Origin: Escherichia coli | Lineage (GTDB): Bacteria > Pseudomonadota > Gammaproteobacteria > Enterobacterales > Enterobacteriaceae | Strand: one strand, 5' to 3' | DNA length: 64,000 nucleotides | NCBI RefSeq assembly: GCF_003790525.1 | Contig: NZ_CP033635.1 | In this document: in pieces, positions 41,249-53,583 of the stretch | Layout: each line of letters starts with the position of its first letter | Position numbering within the stretch: position 1 is the stretch's first letter | Position numbers and translations under genes: made by a program | The notes under the pieces: model-generated | Told to the model about the DNA's origin: nothing | What the model saw: the letters and a program-made list of their open reading frames with translations, nothing else | The model's database searches: none

Positions 41249-42631
41249 TTATAAGTCGTCGAACACGCTAAGCGCGTCGGAGAGTTTTTTAACGCCAAAA
41301 ATCTGCATCCCTTCCGGCGCTTTTTTCGGCACGTTAGCCGCCGGAACAATCGCCCGCCGAAAACCATGTTTCGCCGCTTCTGAGATACGTTCCTGACCGC
41401 TGGGCACCGGGCGGATCTCCCCTGCCAGCCCGACTTCACCAAACACCACCAGATCCTGCGGCAGCGGTCTGTCGCGCAGGCTGGAAACCATCGCCAGCAG
41501 TAACGCTAAGTCGGCGCTGGTTTCCGTCACCTTCACGCCACCGACCACGTTAACAAACACATCCTGATCGGCCATTTGTAGACCACCGTGACGGTGAAGC
41601 ACCGCCAGCAGGATTGCCAGACGGTTTTGCTCCAGCCCGACTGCCACGCGGCGTGGATTCGCCATCATCGAGTGATCGACGAGCGCCTGAATCTCCACCA
41701 GCAGCGGACGCGTTCCTTCCCACACTACCATCACTGAGCTACCCGAGGTCACTTCATCACCGCGGCTTAAAAAGATTGCCGAAGGGTTGCTGACTTCACG
41801 CAGACCCTGTTCGGTCATTGCGAAGACGCCCAGCTCATTCACCGCGCCGAAGCGGTTTTTATGGCTGCGTAAGGTGCGAAAACGGGAGTCGGCATCGCCA
41901 TCCAGAAGCACCGAACAGTCGATACAGTGTTCCAGCACTTTAGGGCCAGCCAGCGAGCCATCTTTGGTTACGTGCCCAACCATGACAATCGCCACACCGC
42001 GCGTTTTGGCGAAGCGCGTCAGATAAGCCGCCGTTTCACGCACCTGCGCCACGCTGCCAGGCGATGATTGTACATCCGCCATATGCATCACCTGGATGGA
42101 GTCAATTACCATCAGCTTCGGTTGCTCTTCTTCGGCAATCAGGCAGATCTGCTCGATGCTGGTTTCCGACAACATATTGAGATTGTCAGTCGGCAGGCCA
42201 AGGCGATGAGCGCGCATTGCCACCTGTTGCAGCGACTCTTCGCCGGTGACATACAGCGTTTTCATCTGCTGGGCCAGTTTGCACAGCGTTTGCAACAGCA
42301 GCGTGGATTTCCCCGCACCTGGGTTACCGCCAATCAGAATGGCGCTTCCCGGCACCACCCCGCCGCCTAATACGCGGTCGAACTCTTTAAATCCGGTAGA
42401 AAAACGCGGCAGCTCCTCAAGGCTGATGTCGGAGAGTTTCTGGACTTTTGCCACTCCGGCGCTACCGGCATAGCCACTGAGACGCTCGTTACGCGCCACC
42501 GTTGGCGACGCAGCAAGACGCACCTCGGTGATGGTGTTCCAGGCATGACAGGCACTGCACTGCCCCTGCCAGCGCGGATAATCGGCCCCGCATTCATTAC
42601 AAACAAAGGCGCGTTTTGGAGCTTTTGCCAC
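41249..42631 (-). CDS. radA: DNA repair protein RadA (Sms)
   Basis: Apparent GTG start giving VAKAPKRAFVCNECGADYPRWQGQCSACHAWNT...; 460 aa; C4 zinc finger and Walker A GNPGAGKST. Confidence 0.9.
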   Translation of the reverse strand: MAKAPKRAFVCNECGADYPRWQGQCSACHAWNTITEVRLAASPTVARNERLSGYAGSAGVAKVQKLSDISLEELPRFSTGFKEFDRVLGGGVVPGSAILIGGNPGAGKSTLLLQTLCKLAQQMKTLYVTGEESLQQVAMRAHRLGLPTDNLNMLSETSIEQICLIAEEEQPKLMVIDSIQVMHMADVQSSPGSVAQVRETAAYLTRFAKTRGVAIVMVGHVTKDGSLAGPKVLEHCIDCSVLLDGDADSRFRTLRSHKNRFGAVNELGVFAMTEQGLREVSNPSAIFLSRGDEVTSGSSVMVVWEGTRPLLVEIQALVDHSMMANPRRVAVGLEQNRLAILLAVLHRHGGLQMADQDVFVNVVGGVKVTETSADLALLLAMVSSLRDRPLPQDLVVFGEVGLAGEIRPVPSGQERISEAAKHGFRRAIVPAANVPKKAPEGMQIFGVKKLSDALSVFDDL

Positions 42632-42679
42632 GGTGTACCTCGTTAATGCTGTGCCGCCCGCAGGATGACGGGCAGGCAA

Positions 42680-43648
42680 TTACTTCTGATTCAGGCTGCC
42701 AGAGAGGATGCAGAATACCCCCATCAGGTCAGCGTGACGGATGGTGACTTCCGTTTTTTCATTCACTTTTGGCTTGGCATGGTAGGCAATCCCCAGCCCT
42801 GCCGCTTTGATCATCGGCAGGTCATTGGCTCCATCGCCAATCGCCACGGTCTGCGCCAGCGGGATTTCATACTCCTGCGCGAGGCGAGTCAGAGTTTTCG
42901 CTTTGTACTGCGCGTCTACGATGTCGCCGATCACATTGCCGGTAAATTTACCGTCCATGATCTCCAGTTCATTGGCTACCACGGCTGTCAGGCGCAGCTT
43001 GTCGCGCAGGTATTCAGCAAAGAAAGTAAAGCCGCCGGAAGCAATCGCCACTTTCCAGCCCAGCGTTTCCAGCTTGAGCACCAGTTGCGTTAAGCCTGGC
43101 ATCAGCGGCAGATTTTCACGCACCTGTTGCAGGATATTGGCGTCAGCGCCTTTCAGCGTCGCCACACGGCTGCGCAGGCTGGCGGTAAAATCGAGTTCGC
43201 CGCGCATCGCCCGTTCGGTTACCTCCGCCACCATCTCGCCGGTTCCGGCCAGTTTGGCAATTTCGTCAATACATTCAATCTGAATGGCGGTGGAATCCAT
43301 GTCCATCACCAGCAAACCCGGAGAGCGCAGGTGCGGGATTTTCCCCAACGGCGCGACATCCAGTTGCGCTTCGTGGGCCAGGCGCGTAGCCCGCGCGGTG
43401 AGTGAACCTGCCAGACGAATCACCTGATAATCTTCCACGCACCAGGCGGCAACAATCACCATAGCCGCGCCCAGTTTGCTCTGGTATTGGGTCAGACGTT
43501 GTTTATCCAGCCCACGACCATACAGCAGCCAGCCGCTACGACCTGCGTGGTAATCCAGTGGCATCACTTCATCACCACTTAATGAAAGAGGCAGACCAGG
43601 CCATAAAGAGACATCTTCAGGCAGGTCGCACCAGGTAATGTTAGGCAT
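42680..43648 (-). CDS. serB: Phosphoserine phosphatase SerB
   Basis: Translation from MPNITWCDLPEDVSLWPGLPLSLSGDEVMPLDYHAGRSGWLLYGRGLDKQRL...; 322 aa; HAD motif DMDST. Confidence 0.93.
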   Translation of the reverse strand: MPNITWCDLPEDVSLWPGLPLSLSGDEVMPLDYHAGRSGWLLYGRGLDKQRLTQYQSKLGAAMVIVAAWCVEDYQVIRLAGSLTARATRLAHEAQLDVAPLGKIPHLRSPGLLVMDMDSTAIQIECIDEIAKLAGTGEMVAEVTERAMRGELDFTASLRSRVATLKGADANILQQVRENLPLMPGLTQLVLKLETLGWKVAIASGGFTFFAEYLRDKLRLTAVVANELEIMDGKFTGNVIGDIVDAQYKAKTLTRLAQEYEIPLAQTVAIGDGANDLPMIKAAGLGIAYHAKPKVNEKTEVTIRHADLMGVFCILSGSLNQK

Positions 43649-43753
43649 TAAGGCTCCTGTAAAATCGTTCGAAGCAGGGAAAATAACGCATGAGGCTACC
43701 TTGTATCCATTGCTTCTGGCAACATTAAGTCTCAAATTTTCAAAGGGTGGAAG

Positions 43754-44398
43754 ATGGCTCGCACAAAACTGAAATTCCGGCTGCATCGGGCAGTGATTGT
43801 CCTGTTCTGTCTCGCCTTGTTAGTGGCGCTGATGCAGGGGGCGTCATGGTTTAGTCAAAACCACCAGCGACAGCGTAATCCACAGCTGGAAGAACTGGCC
43901 CGCACCCTGGCGCGTCAGGTAACGCTGAATGTTGCACCGCTGATGCGTACCGACTCACCGGATGAAAAACGTATTCAGGCGATCCTTGATCAGTTAACGG
44001 ATGAAAGCCGCATCCTCGACGCGGGCGTGTATGACGAACAAGGCGATCTTATCGCCCGTTCTGGCGAAAGCGTCGAAGTGCGCGACCGGTTGGCGCTCGA
44101 CGGTAAAAAAGCGGGCGGCTATTTTAACCAGCAGATTGTCGAACCCATTGCGGGTAAAAACGGACCGCTCGGCTATCTGCGCCTGACGCTCGACACCCAT
44201 ACGCTCGCCACCGAAGCCCAACAGGTGGATAACACCACTAACATTTTACGCCTGATGTTGCTGCTCTCGCTGGCAATCGGCGTAGTGCTGACCCGTACGC
44301 TGCTACAGGGTAAACGCACCCGCTGGCAGCAATCGCCCTTCCTGTTAACCGCCAGCAAACCGGTGCCGGAAGAGGAAGAAAGCGAGAAAAAAGAGTGA
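43754..44398 (+). CDS. ytjB: Membrane protein YtjB (Smp)
   Basis: 214-aa ORF MARTKLKFRLHRAVIVLFCLALLVALMQGASWFSQNHQRQRN... Confidence 0.9.
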   Translation: MARTKLKFRLHRAVIVLFCLALLVALMQGASWFSQNHQRQRNPQLEELARTLARQVTLNVAPLMRTDSPDEKRIQAILDQLTDESRILDAGVYDEQGDLIARSGESVEVRDRLALDGKKAGGYFNQQIVEPIAGKNGPLGYLRLTLDTHTLATEAQQVDNTTNILRLMLLLSLAIGVVLTRTLLQGKRTRWQQSPFLLTASKPVPEEEESEKKE

Positions 44399-44425
44399 CC
44401 CATTACTACAAGAAAGGAAATCGTT

Positions 44426-45442
44426 ATGTCCACATTACGCCTGCTCATCTCTGACTCTTACGACCCGTGGTTTAACCTGGCGGTGGAAGAGTGTATTTTT
44501 CGCCAGATGCCCGCCACGCAGCGCGTTCTGTTTCTCTGGCGCAATGCCGACACCGTGGTGATTGGTCGCGCACAGAACCCGTGGAAAGAGTGTAATACCC
44601 GGCGGATGGAAGAAGATAACGTCCGCCTGGCGCGGCGCAGCAGCGGTGGCGGCGCGGTGTTCCACGATCTCGGTAATACCTGCTTTACCTTTATGGCTGG
44701 CAAGCCGGAGTACGATAAAACTATCTCCACGTCGATTGTGCTCAATGCTCTGAACGCGCTCGGCGTCAGCGCCGAAGCGTCCGGCCGTAACGATCTGGTG
44801 GTGAAAACCGCCGAAGGCGACCGCAAAGTCTCAGGCTCAGCCTATCGCGAAACTAAAGATCGCGGCTTCCATCATGGCACCTTGCTACTCAATGCTGACC
44901 TTAGCCGTCTGGCAAACTATCTCAACCCGGATAAAAAGAAACTGGCGGCGAAAGGCATTACGTCGGTACGTTCCCGCGTGACCAACCTCACCGAGCTGCT
45001 GCCGGGGATCACCCATGAGCAGGTTTGCGAGGCCATAACCGAGGCCTTTTTCGCCCATTATGGCGAGCGCGTGGAAGCGGAAATCATCTCCCCGGACAAA
45101 ACGCCAGACTTGCCGAACTTCGCCGAAACCTTTGCCCGTCAGAGTAGCTGGGAGTGGAACTTCGGTCAGGCTCCGGCGTTCTCGCATCTGCTGGATGAAC
45201 GCTTCACCTGGGGCGGCGTGGAACTGCATTTCGACGTTGAAAAAGGCCATATCACCCGCGCCCAGGTGTTTACCGACAGCCTCAACCCCGCACCTCTGGA
45301 AGCTCTCGCCGGGCGACTGCAAGGCTGCCTGTACCGCGCGGATATGCTGCAACAGGAGTGCGAAGCGCTGTTGGTTGACTTCCCGGAACAGGAAAAAGAG
45401 CTACGGGAGTTGTCGACGTGGATAGCGGGGGCGGTAAGGTAA
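44426..45442 (+). CDS. lplA: Lipoate-protein ligase A
   Basis: 338 aa, [89 protein letters not shown]... Confidence 0.95.
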   Translation: MSTLRLLISDSYDPWFNLAVEECIFRQMPATQRVLFLWRNADTVVIGRAQNPWKECNTRRMEEDNVRLARRSSGGGAVFHDLGNTCFTFMAGKPEYDKTISTSIVLNALNALGVSAEASGRNDLVVKTAEGDRKVSGSAYRETKDRGFHHGTLLLNADLSRLANYLNPDKKKLAAKGITSVRSRVTNLTELLPGITHEQVCEAITEAFFAHYGERVEAEIISPDKTPDLPNFAETFARQSSWEWNFGQAPAFSHLLDERFTWGGVELHFDVEKGHITRAQVFTDSLNPAPLEALAGRLQGCLYRADMLQQECEALLVDFPEQEKELRELSTWIAGAVR

Positions 45443-45473
45443 CTCACTGATTTAAATATCCAGGGAAGGAAAT

Positions 45474-45737
45474 ATGATCGATCTGGAAAACCAGGAACGG
45501 GAGATTATCAATTTAATGTTCAGCCAGGGTATATCCTGGCTAACCGCCGTGCGTATCAGGCATAAACTATCACTTGCTGAAGTAAGTAAAATGTTAGGTA
45601 TCTCCATTAATTCTCTAAAACAGATCGAAAAGACGGAACGGCTTAGTTCAAACATCAAAAGCAAAATGGCAGGAATTTATGGTTGTCCACCAGAGTTGCT
45701 GATATGCCCTTCCTGGATGACGGCTGAACATAAATGA
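45474..45737 (+). CDS. Small XRE-family helix-turn-helix protein (87 aa), uncharacterised
   Basis: ATG with GGAAGGA RBS; HTH segment LSLAEVSKMLGISINSLKQIEKTERLSSNIKSKMAGIYGCPPELL; occupies the slot between lplA and deoD. Confidence 0.55.
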   Translation: MIDLENQEREIINLMFSQGISWLTAVRIRHKLSLAEVSKMLGISINSLKQIEKTERLSSNIKSKMAGIYGCPPELLICPSWMTAEHK

Positions 45738-45832
45738 ATAGATTCGTGAATAGATACTTGAATGGATTTTATTTTCTATCCATATGAAAAATAATAGTAA
45801 ATCTATAAATCAGTTGCTATTGATGAATAGAT

Positions 45833-45864
45833 ACTAAAAAGCCGGAGCAGTCTCCCGCTCCGGC
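45833..45864 (-). terminator. deoD (deo operon) intrinsic terminator
   Basis: Minus strand: gccggagcgggagactgctccggc hairpin followed by TTTTTAGTAT. Confidence 0.6.
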
Positions 45865-45897
45865 TTCACAAGGCAATCGCCTTTCAGCGAAACACAA

Positions 45898-46617
45898 TTA
45901 CTCTTTATCGCCCAACAGAACGGATTCCAGTGCGATTTTGATCATGTCGTTGAAGGTGGTCTGACGCTCAGCGGCAGTGGTCTGCTCGTGAGTGCGGATG
46001 TGGTCAGACACGGTGCAGATGGTCAGGGCTTTCGCGCCAAATTCTGCAGCGACGCCGTAGATACCAGCTGCTTCCATTTCCACGCCGAGGATGCCGTATT
46101 TTTCCATCACGTCGAACATTTCGCCGTCCGGAGAGTAAAACAGGTCAGCGGAGAACAGGTTACCAACGCGAGCATCAATGCCCAGTGCTTTAGCTGCATC
46201 TACCGCGTTACGCACCATGTCAAAGTCAGCGATAGCGGCAAAGTCATGGTCTTTAAAACGGATACGGTTAACTTTGGAATCGGTGCAGGCACCCATACCG
46301 ATAACGACGTCGCGCAGTTTTACGTGCGGCAGAACAGCGCCACAGGAGCCTACGCGGATAATTTTCTTCACGCCGAAATCGGTGATCAGTTCTTTGGTGT
46401 AGATGGAGCAGGACGGGATACCCATACCGTGCCCCATTACGGAAATTTTGCGGCCTTTGTAAGTACCGGTGAAGCCCAGCATACCGCGAACGTTGTTCAC
46501 TTCACGGGCATCTTCAAGGAAAGTTTCAGCAATATACTTCGCACGCAGCGGGTCGCCTGGCATCAAAACTACGTCAGCGAAATCGCCCATTTCTGCATTA
46601 ATGTGTGGGGTAGCCAT
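45898..46617 (-). CDS. deoD: Purine nucleoside phosphorylase DeoD
   Basis: Translation from [57 protein letters not shown]...; 239 aa. Confidence 0.96.
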
Positions 46618-46673
46618 TGTTTTATCCTTTTTGTGACATAACAAAGGCGGAGTCAACGCTCCGCCCAAATCCA

Positions 46674-47918
<1,245 letters not shown>

Positions 47919-47948
47919 TCAAATTTAAATGATCAGATCAGTATACCG

Positions 47949-49271
47949 TTATTCACTGATACGACGATAGACAGTTGGTGTGCTTTCCGGTGCTTTATCG
48001 GCAAGTTTAATTGCCGCTTTCACCGCTTTCGCCGCTTCCTGCCAGCTGTTTTCGTCTTTCGCGTGGATAACTGCCAGCGGACGCTGACCGTCTACCTGGT
48101 CGCCCAGACGCGCCATATCAGTAAAGCCGACGCTGTAATCGATGGTGTCAGATGCCTGACGGCGTCCGCCGCCCATTGCAACCACTGCCATCCCCAGCGC
48201 GCGGGTATCCATTTCACTGACAAACCCTTCGGTATCAGCATAGACTGCTTTCGTCAGCATCGCTGTCGGCAGATACTTCGCGTAGTTCTCAACGAAGTCA
48301 GTCGGGCCTTTTTGTGCCGCTACCATACGACCAAAGACTTCTGCCGCTTTACCGTTGTCCAGCACCGCCTGCAATTTCGCGCGCGCTTCGGCGTCATCTT
48401 TCGCCAGTTTGCCGGAGATAAGCATCTCTACGCACAGCGCCATTGTGACATCAAACAGACGCGGGTTACGATACTCACCCGTCAGGAACTGCACCGCTTC
48501 ACGAACTTCAACCGCGTTACCTGCACTGGAGGCCAGTACCTGATTCATATCGGTGAGCAGCGCGGTGGTACGCACGCCAGCGCCGTTAGCTACGCCAACA
48601 ATCGCTTCGGCAAGGGCTTCAGAAAGTTCGTAGGTCGGCATAAACGCGCCGCTACCCACTTTCACGTCCATCACCAGCGCATCCAGACCTTCCGCCAGTT
48701 TCTTCGCCAGGATCGAGGCAGTGATCAGCGGGATGGAGTCCACGGTTGCGGTAATATCACGGGTCGCGTAGAAACGTTTATCCGCCGGAGCCAGTGAGCT
48801 GGTCTGACCGATAATCGCCACGCCGACGTCTTTAATAATTTCGCGGAAACGGTTGTCATCCGGGAAAATGTCGAAGCCAGGGATGGATTCCAGTTTGTCG
48901 AGCGTACCGCCAGTATGACCGAGGCCGCGACCGGAGATCATCGGAATATAGCCGCCACAGGCAGCGACCATCGGCCCCAACATCAGCGAAGTCACATCGC
49001 CGACACCGCCGGTCGAGTGTTTATCAACAATCGGGCCATTCAGATGCAGGCTTTTCCAGTCGAGAACGGTTCCTGAATCTCGCATCGCCATGGTCAGCGA
49101 GACACGCTCAGGCATTGTCATATCGTGGAAGAAAATGGTCATCGCGAGGGCGGCAATCTGCCCTTCGGAGATAGTGTTGTCGCGAATGCCGTTGATAAAG
49201 AAACGAATTTCTTCATCACTCAGCGCATGACCATCACGTTTTTTACGAATAATTTCTTGTGCGAGAAACAA
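47949..49271 (-). CDS. deoA: Thymidine phosphorylase DeoA
   Basis: Apparent TTG start (rc of caa at 49269-49271) giving (M)[41 protein letters not shown]...; 440 aa. Confidence 0.93.
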
Positions 49272-49348
49272 GGTAACCTCCCGTGGAAAAGAGACGAGGT
49301 AATCGGGGAACCGGATGAGCATCGCTGCATCATCCGGCAAATCAAGCC

Positions 49349-50128
49349 TTAGTAGCTGCTGGCGCTCTTACCGTCGCCGTGGCCCAGAGCTTTCAGCAGG
49401 CTTGCCAGCAAGCTGGAAGCACCAAAGCGGTAGTGACGCGCATCAGCCCAGTCAGCACCGAACAGTTCATCGGCGATGGAGAGATATTTCTGCGCATCTT
49501 CCGCAGTACGCACGCCGCCCGCCGGTTTGAAACCAACGGTTTTTTCTACGCCCATATCGCGGATCACTTCCATCATGATGCGCGCGCTTTCCGGCGTCGC
49601 ATTCACAGCCACTTTACCGGTAGAGGTTTTGATGAAGTCAGCACCCGCTTTGATGGAGATTTCAGACGCTTTACGGATCAGCGCTTCGTCTTTCAGTTCT
49701 CCGGTTTCAATAATCACTTTCAGCAGGACGTTCGCCGCAGCGCAAGCCTCTTTACAGGCTTTCACCAGGTCAAAACCAACCTGCTCGTTACCCGCCATCA
49801 GCGCGCGGTACGGGAACACCACGTCAACTTCATCGGCACCGTAGGCGATTGCCGCACGGGTTTCTGCCAGCGCGATTTCGATGTCGTCGTTACCGTGTGG
49901 GAAGTTAGTTACCGTAGCGATACGGATTTCCGGGGTGCCCTGCTCTTTCAGAGTTTTGCGAGCAATCGGGATAAAGCGAGGATAGATACAGATAGCGGCG
50001 GTATTGCCGACCGGAGTTTTGGCCTGATGACACAGGGCGATCACTTTCTCATCGGTGTCGTCGTCATTCAGGGTGGTCAGGTCCATCAATTTCAGTGCAC
50101 GCAGGCTGCTTGCTTTCAGATCAGTCAT
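49349..50128 (-). CDS. deoC: Deoxyribose-phosphate aldolase DeoC
   Basis: Translation from [82 protein letters not shown]...; 259 aa. Confidence 0.96.
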
Positions 50129-50172
50129 TTCATTCTCCTGGCTTGTCGCCAATAAAATTCACCTTGCGAGTT

Positions 50173-50188
50173 TGTTAGTATTCTAACA
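50173..50188. promoter_or_regulatory. DeoR operator palindrome at the proximal deo promoter (O2)
   Basis: TGTTAGTATTCTAACA, 15/16 match to the TGTTAGAATTCTAACA palindrome, about 45 bp upstream of the deoC start. Confidence 0.65.
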
Positions 50189-50385
50189 TCTACTCCGCAA
50201 CACACTTCGATGTACATCACAATTAAGGAAATCTACTTACAAGTTTGCATCACTGTAATGCGATCTGGTTCAAATAATTCACTTTCAAATGAATGCGTCA
50301 GTGGTGGCAAACGCATCAGGATCAAAGTGAACATCACGAAACTTCTTACAATGGCGCATCACCTTCGGCATAAAAGGAAAAGAAG

Positions 50386-51936
50386 ATGCCCACTTCTCAT
50401 GAAAATGCACTGCAACAACGTTGCCAGCAAATTGTCACCAGCCCGGTACTTAGCCCGGAGCAGAAGCGCCATTTTCTGGCACTGGAAGCAGAAAACAATC
50501 TGCCTTACCCCGCGTTGCCTGCCGAAGCCCGCCGCGCACTGGATGAGGGTGTAATCTGCGATATGTTTGAAGGTCATGCGCCGTACAAACCGCGCTATGT
50601 CTTACCCGATTACGCCCGTTTTCTGGCGAACGGTTCCGAATGGCTGGAGCTGGAAGGCGCGAAAGATCTTGATGACGCACTCTCTCTGCTGACCATTCTT
50701 TACCACCACGTACCGTCGGTCACATCGATGCCGGTCTACCTGGGGCAACTGGATGCGTTGTTGCAACCGTATGTTAGAATTCTAACACAAGACGAGATCG
50801 ATATTCGAATAAAACGTTTCTGGCGTTACCTCGACAGAACCCTGCCAGACGCCTTTATGCACGCCAATATCGGCCCGTCTGATTCGCCCATCACCCGTGC
50901 AATCTTACGTGCAGATGCAGAGCTGAAGCAGGTTTCACCAAACCTGACCTTTATCTACGATCCTGAAATCACCCCTGATGACCTGCTGCTGGAAGTGGCG
51001 AAGAACATCTGTGAATGTAGCAAACCGCACATCGCCAACGGTCCGGTGCATGATAAAATTTTCACAAAAGGGGGCTACGGGATTGTGAGCTGTTACAACT
51101 CACTGCCGCTGGCGGGTGGTGGCAGCACGCTGGTACGCCTAAACCTGAAAGCCATTGCCGAGCGCAGTGAATCGCTGGAGGACTTCTTTACGCGCACTCT
51201 ACCGCACTACTGCCAACAGCAGATCGCCATCATCGATGCGCGGTGTGAATTCCTCTATCAACAATCACACTTCTTTGAGAATAGCTTCCTGGTGAAAGAA
51301 GGGCTGATTAACCCTGAACGTTTTGTGCCAATGTTTGGCATGTACGGACTGGCGGAAGCAGTTAACTTACTGTGTGAGAAAGAAGGAATTGTCGCACGTT
51401 ACGGTAAAGAAGCCACCGCAAATGAAGTGGGTTATCGCATCAGCGCGCAACTGGCGGAGTTTGTCGCCAATACCCCTGTGAAATATGGCTGGCAAAAACG
51501 CGCCATGTTACACGCACAGTCGGGGATCAGTTCCGATATCGGCACCACGCCGGGCGCGCGTTTACCATATGGCGATGAGCCAGATCCGATTACCCATCTG
51601 CAAACTGTCGCGCCGCATCATGCTTATTATTATTCCGGCATCAGCGACATTCTGACGCTCGACGAAACCATCAAACGTAATCCGCAGGCGCTGGTACAGC
51701 TTTGCCTCGGTGCCTTTAAAGCCGGAATGCGTGAATTTACCGCCAATGTCAGCGGTAACGATCTGGTTCGCGTTACCGGTTATATGGTGCGTTTGTCGGA
51801 TTTAGAAAAATATCGCGCCGAAGGTTCACGCACCAACACCACCTGGCTGGGAGAAGAAGCCGCACGCAACACTCGTATTCTGGAACGTCAGCCGCGCGTG
51901 ATAAGCCATGAACAGCAGATGCGCTTTAGTCAGTAA
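50386..51936 (+). CDS. yjjI: Glycyl-radical-enzyme-like protein YjjI (DUF3029)
   Basis: 516 aa; C-terminal RVTGYMVR resembles the glycyl-radical RVSGY motif; translationally overlaps the downstream activase gene. Confidence 0.9.
   Translation: MPTSHENALQQRCQQIVTSPVLSPEQKRHFLALEAENNLPYPALPAEARRALDEGVICDMFEGHAPYKPRYVLPDYARFLANGSEWLELEGAKDLDDALSLLTILYHHVPSVTSMPVYLGQLDALLQPYVRILTQDEIDIRIKRFWRYLDRTLPDAFMHANIGPSDSPITRAILRADAELKQVSPNLTFIYDPEITPDDLLLEVAKNICECSKPHIANGPVHDKIFTKGGYGIVSCYNSLPLAGGGSTLVRLNLKAIAERSESLEDFFTRTLPHYCQQQIAIIDARCEFLYQQSHFFENSFLVKEGLINPERFVPMFGMYGLAEAVNLLCEKEGIVARYGKEATANEVGYRISAQLAEFVANTPVKYGWQKRAMLHAQSGISSDIGTTPGARLPYGDEPDPITHLQTVAPHHAYYYSGISDILTLDETIKRNPQALVQLCLGAFKAGMREFTANVSGNDLVRVTGYMVRLSDLEKYRAEGSRTNTTWLGEEAARNTRILERQPRVISHEQQMRFSQ
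50772..50787. promoter_or_regulatory. DeoR operator palindrome at the distal deo promoter (O1), inside the yjjI coding frame
   Basis: Perfect 16-bp palindrome TGTTAGAATTCTAACA exactly 599 bp from the 50173 palindrome. Confidence 0.65.
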
Positions 51937-52771
51937 GATTATCCCCTTCTCCTGCGTTGACGGGCCAGGCAGTCGTCTGGCTCTGTTTTTGCAGGGCTGC
52001 AATCTGCGCTGCAAAAACTGTCACAATCCGTGGACGATGGGGCGCTGTAATGATTGCGGAGAGTGCGTGCCGCAGTGTCCGCATCAGGCGTTGCAGATTA
52101 TCGAAGGCAAAGTGGCGTGGAGCGCGGCTGTTTGCGAGCAATGTGATACCTGCCTGAAGATGTGCCCGCAACATGCCACGCCAATGGCGCAATCCATGAG
52201 CGTGGACGAGGTGCTTAACCATGTCCGCAAAGCGGTGCTGTTTATTGAAGGGATAACGGTAAGCGGCGGCGAAGCCACGACCCAGTTGCCGTTTGTGGTG
52301 GCGCTGTTTACTGCCATCAAAAACGATCCGCAACTGTGCCATCTCACCTGCCTCGTGGACAGTAACGGCATGTTGAGCGAAACCGGCTGGGAAAAATTGC
52401 TCCCGGTGTGTGACGGCGCAATGCTCGATCTCAAAGCGTGGGGGAGCGAATGTCATCAGCAATTAACCGGACGCGATAATCAGCAGATCAAGCGCAGCAT
52501 CTGTTTGCTGGCAGAGCGCGGTAAGCTGGCGGAACTGCGTTTGCTGGTAATCCCTGGCCAGGTGGATTATTTGCAACACATCGAAGAACTGGCGGCGTTA
52601 ATCAAGGGACTTGGCGATGTTCCGGTACGCCTGAACGCGTTTCATGCCCACGGCGTGTATGGCGAGGCGCAAAGCTGGCCGAGCGCCACGCCGGAGGATG
52701 TGGAACAACTGGCTGATGCGTTACGGGAGCGCGGGGTGAGTCGGTTAATATTTCCGGCGCTATATTTGTGA
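51908..52771 (+). CDS. yjjW: Glycyl-radical enzyme activating protein (radical SAM) YjjW
   Basis: 287 aa; radical-SAM CNLRCKNC (Cx3Cx2C) plus ferredoxin-like clusters [12 protein letters not shown] and [12 protein letters not shown]. Confidence 0.9.
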   Translation: MNSRCALVSKIIPFSCVDGPGSRLALFLQGCNLRCKNCHNPWTMGRCNDCGECVPQCPHQALQIIEGKVAWSAAVCEQCDTCLKMCPQHATPMAQSMSVDEVLNHVRKAVLFIEGITVSGGEATTQLPFVVALFTAIKNDPQLCHLTCLVDSNGMLSETGWEKLLPVCDGAMLDLKAWGSECHQQLTGRDNQQIKRSICLLAERGKLAELRLLVIPGQVDYLQHIEELAALIKGLGDVPVRLNAFHAHGVYGEAQSWPSATPEDVEQLADALRERGVSRLIFPALYL

Positions 52772-52800
52772 CATGCCGGATGTGGCCTACGAAGGGCAAA

Positions 52801-53583
52801 CTACCCACGCATGTTAAACACCTCATTCGTATTATTAAGCAACACTTCGGCAATCTCATCCGCGGGTTCCGGTCGTAACTCGCATAGCACAGCAAACACA
52901 CGGGCTGCCTGTTCAGGGCGATTAGGCTGCCCCTGAAAACCATTGAGCGGCATATCTGGTGCGTCGGTTTCCAGCAACAACGATGCCAGCGGCAGTTTTG
53001 CGATGACATCGCGGGTTTTACTGGCGCGTGGATAGGTGATAGTACCGCCTACGCCGATTTTGTAGCCCAGCTGTACAAACCGTTCAGCCTGTTGCTGGCT
53101 GCCAGAAAATCCGTGGACAACACCAGCACGCGATAAATCGTGGCGTTTAAGATGCATCGCCAGTTTGTCGTGCGTGCGCCGTGAATGCAGGATCACCGGC
53201 AGATCGTAGCGTTTCGCCAGTTTCAGTTGTTCATCAAGCAACCACTGCTGCCTCTCAAATTGCGGATCGTCACCAAAGAGATCCAGGCCGATCTCCCCCA
53301 CCGCCACCACCTTCGCCGGATGCCTTTCCAGCGCCTGCTGTAGCTGATCAAGAGACACATCGCTATGTTTTTCCAACATACCAGGATGCAAGCCCAATGC
53401 GGCATACAGCGGTTGATATTTTTCCGCTAACGCCTGCACGCGGGCAAAATTTTCCGCCTCTGTCGCCGGAACAATGATCTTGCCTACGCCAGCTTGTGCC
53501 GCACGTTGCAGGCTGGCCTCTTCATCGCCACTAAACGGCGGGAAATCAAAATGGCAGTGGGTGTCGATAAAACGGCAAATCAA
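52801..53583 (-). CDS. yjjV: TatD-family metal-dependent hydrolase YjjV
   Basis: 260-aa ORF MICRFIDTHCHFDFPPF... with the TatD HxH motif at the N-terminus. Confidence 0.9.
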   Translation of the reverse strand: MICRFIDTHCHFDFPPFSGDEEASLQRAAQAGVGKIIVPATEAENFARVQALAEKYQPLYAALGLHPGMLEKHSDVSLDQLQQALERHPAKVVAVGEIGLDLFGDDPQFERQQWLLDEQLKLAKRYDLPVILHSRRTHDKLAMHLKRHDLSRAGVVHGFSGSQQQAERFVQLGYKIGVGGTITYPRASKTRDVIAKLPLASLLLETDAPDMPLNGFQGQPNRPEQAARVFAVLCELRPEPADEIAEVLLNNTNEVFNMRG

